Source of the DNA: an uncultured Acidobacteriota bacterium
GTDB lineage: Bacteria; Acidobacteriota; Blastocatellia; Pyrinomonadales; Pyrinomonadaceae
Length of the DNA stretch: 64,000 nucleotides
Direction: 5' to 3'
NCBI GenBank assembly: GCA_963726735.1
Contig: CAVSDM010000011.1
Location: forward strand, 2,827-66,826
A program made the translations under genes and the position numbers. Shown here piece after piece: positions 59,163-64,000 of this stretch (position 1 is the stretch's first letter; every line of letters starts with the position of its first letter). The notes under the pieces are model-generated. The model was not told the origin of the DNA, did not search any database, and worked only from the letters and a program-made list of their open reading frames with translations.

Positions 59163-62100
59163 CTACTTCTTCGGTACGACTTTGACGAACCTTGCGCGCC
59201 AGTCTTCGGCGAGGCGTGCGACCTCTTCGGCCTCGGCGTGCTGCAAGGCTTCGGCGAGGGCCTCGCGGTAGTGGCCGAGCAGCACGCGCAGGTTGGACTC
59301 GTCGGACTCCTCGACCGGCTCGATGCCGACCCGTGCGCCCGCGGCGAGGCGGCGTCGGATGGCCCCCTCGTCGAGCCCGAGTTCTCTTTCCAGCAGGAGA
59401 TAGATGACTCCGCCCGTCATGCCGGAGCAGAGCCAGGGGCCGGGATCGCCGAGCACGAGGCCGCGACCCGAAGTCATGTACTCGAAGGCGAAGCCCTTGA
59501 GGTTGGCGCGCGCGGCGATGTTGCCCAGCTCGTCGCGCAAAGGCGCACGCAGGCGCCCGCCGAAGATGATGTCGGCGCCCGACAAACGTATCCCCGCGCG
59601 CGAGTCGGCGTCGCCCTGCACGACGAGCAGACCGGCCTGCGCGCCGTAGGCGAAGCACTTGCCGACCGAGCCGTCCACGGGCACGCCGTCGTGGCTGATG
59701 CCTTTCAGGATCCGTATGCGCCCGCCCGACGCGCCCTTCGCCGCGCCGTCCTGCACGCCGCCGTGGACGACGATGTCCACGCCGTCCGAGTTGAACGCGC
59801 CGAGGCCGTTGCCCGGCACACAGCCTTCGAGGAAGTTGAGCTGCGCGCGCTTGAGCCCGAGCGCCGCCGTCGTCCCGTGGCCGTTGTGACCGTGACCGTT
59901 GTTCTCGAAAAGTTGGTTCAGACGCGCGCGCGTCAAACGCCCGGCGAGATGCGTCCCCAACGCGCGGTCGCCGCTGGAGACGTTCGAGTCGTCGTAGTAG
60001 ACGACCTCCTTGCCGGCCTCGGCCAGCTCCGTCACCGAGTGCGAGATGACGCGCGTCAGGGAGGTGAGCGAACGACGCGCGCGCCCCACGGTCGGCTCCT
60101 GCGCCGACACGCAGAGCACGCACGGCTCTTCGGGCTCAAGCAGCCACGCGAGGTCGAGACGCTCGTGCCCGCGCACCTGTTCGAGTAAGTCAACACGTCC
60201 CACCAACTCACGCGTTGACGCAAGCCCGGCGCGCGCCGTCTCGCGCGCGATCTCTTCTTTGACCTCGTTGAAGAAGCGGACGAGGTGTTCGACGGCCAGT
60301 TCGTACTCGCGCGGCTTGAAGTGTTTCTGCCCGGCGGCGAGCGCTTCCTGCGCGTCCTTCAACTGGCTCGTGATGCCGACGTGGCAGGTGCCCGTGTTGC
60401 ACTCGCGGCAACTCGTGCAGCCGATCGCCGCCATCGCCATCGTCGCGAAGCCCACGCGGTCGGCGCCGAGCAGCAACAATCTCACCACGTCGCGCCCCGA
60501 CTTCACGCCGCCGTCGGCCCACAGCTCGACACGTCTTCTTAAACCCGCGCGGACGAGCGCGCGGTGTGCCTCGCGCAGACCGATCTCGACGGGAAGGCCC
60601 GTGTGGCGCAAGCTGTGTTTGCGCGCGGCGCCCGTGCCGCCGTCGTAGCCCGAGATGGCGATGATGTCGGCGCGCGCCTTCGCAATCCCCGTCGCGATGG
60701 GGCCGAGGTGCGGGATGGCCGGAATCTTGACGGAGATTTGCGCGCGCGGGTTGATCGTCTTCAGCTCCTCGACGACCTGCGCGAGGTCTTCGATGGAGTA
60801 GATGTCGTGGTTGTTCGACGGCGAGATGAGGTCGATGCCGGCGGGCGTGTGCCGCGTCTCGGCGATGCGCGCCGTCACCTTGAAGCCGGGGAGAAGTCCG
60901 CCCTCGCCCGGCTTCGCGCCCTGCCCGATCTTGATCTCCAGCAGGTCGCACGAGTTCAGCAAACGCGCGTTGACACCGAATCTTCCGGAGGCAACCTGCT
61001 GCCCGCGGTGCTCGCGGTAACGCCCGAGCATGTCGGGAATCTCGCCGCCCTCGCCGTTGACGCAGATGATGTCGAGCTGCTTTGCTCCTTCGGCGTAGGC
61101 GCGGAAAGATGCCTCGCCCTGCGAGCCGAAGCTCATCGCGGAGAAGTAGAACGGCGCGGCGTGGCGGCCGGCGCGCGTGTCCACTTCTCCGCGGCGGGGA
61201 GAGCTTAGCTCGTCCGCTTCCGGCGCACGGATGTCGAGCAACTGCCGGAGCGCGACCGGCTTCGTCTCCTCGATCTCTTGCAGACGCGCCGCGAACTCCG
61301 CGTAAGGCTTCTCGCCGCGCGCGACGCGGCCCGCGACGTTCCACAGCGAAGGCTGCTCGCGGAACTCGCCCGGCAGCGCGGGCGGGCGCCGCTTCTTCAA
61401 CTCCTCTTCCGACTCGCCGCGCGCGAGCGCGAGCCGTGCGCGCGCGTCCCGCTCAAGGTCTATCAAAGACAGTCCGGCGAAGGCCGTGCCGCAGTAGTTG
61501 GCGACGCCGAAGAACTCCTCCACGTCGGGCGCCAAACCCACAGCCGCGAAGAGCCGGCCGTAGCCGTCCAGCTCGTGGATGCCCATCGTCGAAAGCACCT
61601 TCTCGACGCCGACCGAGAGCGCCGAGGCGGTTTTGACGAGACGCTGCACCTGCTCTTCATGAGTAGCGGCGCCGCGGGCGGCCACGTCGAAGAGCGCGTA
61701 AGGATTGACGGCGTCGGCGCCGCAGCCCAGTGCGAAGACGAGGTCGTGGACGTTACGCAGCGAGGCCGCGCGCAGCACTACAGCGGCGCGGCGGCGCAGG
61801 CTCACGCCCTCCCGGTCGCGCTCGTCGCGCAGGCGCGCGTCCACGGCCGCGAGCGCAAGGTGCGCGTCTACATTCAGACGCGCGTCGCGGTGCGCGCGCG
61901 CGTCGTCGAGGATGAGGACGGACGACCTGGATTCTCGAACCAGCCGCGCGGCCTCTTCGCAGATTCGCGCCAGCGCCGGTTCGAGCGTCTCGTCCTCACC
62001 GAAGGTCGTATCAATCGTCGCCGCGCGTAACGCCCCTTCTGACGTTCCGTCAGCAACACTTTCATCAAACGCCTCGCAGAGCGCGAGGACTTCCGCCAGC

Positions 62101-63908
62101 GTGCGCTGCTTTGTCGAGCGCGCGGCCGCGGCGTGGGCCGCTTCGTCTTCCACGCCGACCCCGCCGAAGAGCAGTGGCGTGCGCAGCTCAATCTGTTCGA
62201 CTTCCGCCGACCCGGCGGGCGTCGGGCGCGCGCCGAGAAAAACACGCGTCGAGAAGTGATCGGCCTCGCGCTCGCGGTCGATGGCCGGGTTCGTCACCAC
62301 GGCCACGCGCTCGTGAAAATAGTCCGAGACGTTGCGCCGCTTCTGCGAGAGCGCGGCGAGCGGGCCGTCCCAGCCCAGACCGCTGATCGGCTCCTTGCCC
62401 GTCTCGGCCATCTCGCGCACTTCCGACTCTTCCATCCGGCCCCAGCCGAACGTGGCGAGCCGACGCTCGTCGAGCCCCACCGCCACGCCGCCGTCGGGGG
62501 CCGGGGGCGTGGCGGCGCGCACGTCGCTCTGGGCGGCGGCGCCGTCGGGGGACTGTGCGGTCTCGTCGTCCGCCCACTTCACACGGGCGTTGAGGCGCGC
62601 GGGTTGGAAGCGCGCGCGTACGTCTTCGAGCGCGCGCCGTTGCAGCTCGTGGTACTCGAAGACCTCGACGCCGACGCCGCGCTTGAGCAGAAAGCCCATC
62701 TTCTCGCCGGGCGCGAGCGGGTGCGGGTCGCGCACCATGTTCTCTAAAGGCACGACGCCCTTCTCCGAAGAGGCGAAGAACTCCTTCTCCGTCTCGCCGC
62801 ACCACAAGGGCCGCAGGCCCAGAGCGTCGGAGCTGAAAACAATCTCGTCGGCCTGACGGGCGATGATGGCCGCAGGCCCCTGCGCGTGCGCGCCGAAGGC
62901 GCGGCGCCAGTAGCGATACAGCTCGCGCACCTCCGCGGGGAAACGCTCGATCTCGCTCCACACCGGCGGGAAGGCGATCTCCAGCGCGTTCATCAGGCTC
63001 AGACGGTACTCGAACATGAAGCTCTCGACCACGCGGTCAAGACCTGCGAGTCGCTGGCGCGTGCCGGGAGCTGGAAGCCGAGCGCGAGCGCCTCTCGGCC
63101 GAGGCGGTCTACCGAATTGATCTCGCCGTTGTGGCCGAGCGTGGAGAACATCTGCGCGCGCTCGGGGCGCGAGTCGGTGTTGGTCGAGTAGCGGCCGTGG
63201 CCGAGCGAGATGGCCGACTTGAAGTCGGGATGCGAAATCTCGGGGAAGTAGCGGCGCAGCGTGTCCGCGTCGCCGCGCACCTTGTAGATGACGCTGTTCG
63301 GGCTCAAACTCGCGACGTGGACGGGCAGCTCGCGTTCGAGCCGCAGTGTGATGTTGAAGATGTCGCGGTCTTCGACGCCGCGGGCGGTGCGCGGCAGAGC
63401 GGCCACCTGCCAGAACTCGGGCTCCATGGCGCGCGCCTGCGGCCCCAGTGCCTCCGTGCGCACACGCGCGGTTTCACTGACCAGCACCTCGAAGACGTGA
63501 ATCTTCAAATAACTCAAGCGCGCGCTGCTTGATCTTCTCCGCGTCGGCGCGGTGCTCGTGCGGGATCATGATGTGCGCGACGGTGAACTGCGCGCGGTTG
63601 ACGAGCGTGCCGCGCAACCCCGCCGCCTCAAGCCGCTTGGCCCAGCGCTCGCGCGGGATGTCGGTCTGCAACCCGGCGCCGTCGCCCTCGCCCTCGACCT
63701 CGCCTGTGCGGTGGCCCATGCGCGCGAGCGCTTCGAGCGTGCGCTTGACGTTGCCGTGCGAAGGCTTCCCGTCCTTCTTCACGTTGGCGATGATGGCGCA
63801 GGCGTCGCGCTCCGACTCGTCGTGGCGCCAGCGGCTCGGGCGGTCGGCGGCGCCGCGCGCGTGCGTGCGCGCGTAAACGTCGCCGACTCGGTGGGCCGCC
63901 TCAGACAT
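59163..63908 (-). CDS. gltB: Glutamate synthase large subunit (GATase2 - central - FMN - GXGXG domains); two frame breaks in the 5' ~900 nt
   Basis: N-terminus: [35 protein letters not shown], then GHGRYSTNT (class II amidotransferase). The 1289-aa intact ORF 59163..63032 carries the FMN domain ([30 protein letters not shown]) and the C-terminal [21 protein letters not shown]. Confidence 0.9.
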
Positions 63909-63930
63909 AACTTTCGTCGTAAGAAGTCGG

Positions 63931-63970
63931 GGGAAAAAAGAGGCCATCAACCCTCGGACGTTGATGGCCT
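63931..63970 (-). terminator. Rho-independent terminator of the gene upstream of gltB (off-window)
   Basis: aggccatcaac (63941-63951) faces gttgatggcct (63960-63970), with an 8-nt loop. On the minus strand it is followed by cttttttccc. Confidence 0.55.
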
Positions 63971-64000
63971 GCCGCAGACACTTAGGTTGCAGGACAAGCC

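Noticed and set aside
59160-63908. A leader peptide, T-box or riboswitch controlling the gltB-ilv cluster
   Set aside because: The space upstream of gltB in the window (63909-64000) contains only a terminator of the preceding gene. No conserved T-box, specifier or leader-peptide pattern (runs of Ile/Val/Leu codons) is visible at any ilv junction.

Overview
High-GC (about two-thirds G+C by eye) bacterial chromosomal segment. The gene content looks Acidobacteriota-like (CarboxypepD_reg-type TonB-dependent receptor, a large Ser/Thr-kinase fusion, a DUF4214-bearing giant surface protein, many secreted hydrolases), but I cannot assign a taxon from sequence alone. I can support about 45 protein-coding genes, one tRNA-Ala(GGC), two truncated gene remnants, a few promoters and terminators, and an unusually rich set of structured intergenic repeats. 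Housekeeping blocks are dnaK-dnaJ-hspR, a pgsA-like gene, trxB, hbd plus an enoyl-CoA hydratase, and gltB-ilvB-ilvN-ilvC-ilvD (minus strand). Accessory-looking blocks are: a 2029-aa beta-helix / 14x Ig-like repeat / Calx-beta / DUF4214 surface protein followed by a two-gene secreted operon; a GGDEF response regulator with two PilZ genes; and a 3.8-kb cassette (PilZ, HxlR, unknown secreted protein, serine hydrolase) bracketed by a perfect 140-bp inverted repeat. Three signals stand out. (1) Most gene junctions carry inverted arrays of stop-codon-containing heptamer words that form long hairpins and often encode the last codons and the stop of the adjacent gene. (2) A nested-palindrome element family (three copies, with compensatory stem changes) sits inside such arrays. 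(3) Reading-frame breaks are very dense in some genes (TonB receptor, kinase fusion, trxB, hbd, S9 peptidase, ilvD, ilvB) yet absent from a contiguous ~22.6 kb (18.2-40.9 kb); this mosaic fits uneven assembly or polishing quality better than biology. I saw no CRISPR array, transposase, integrase or recognisable defence genes.
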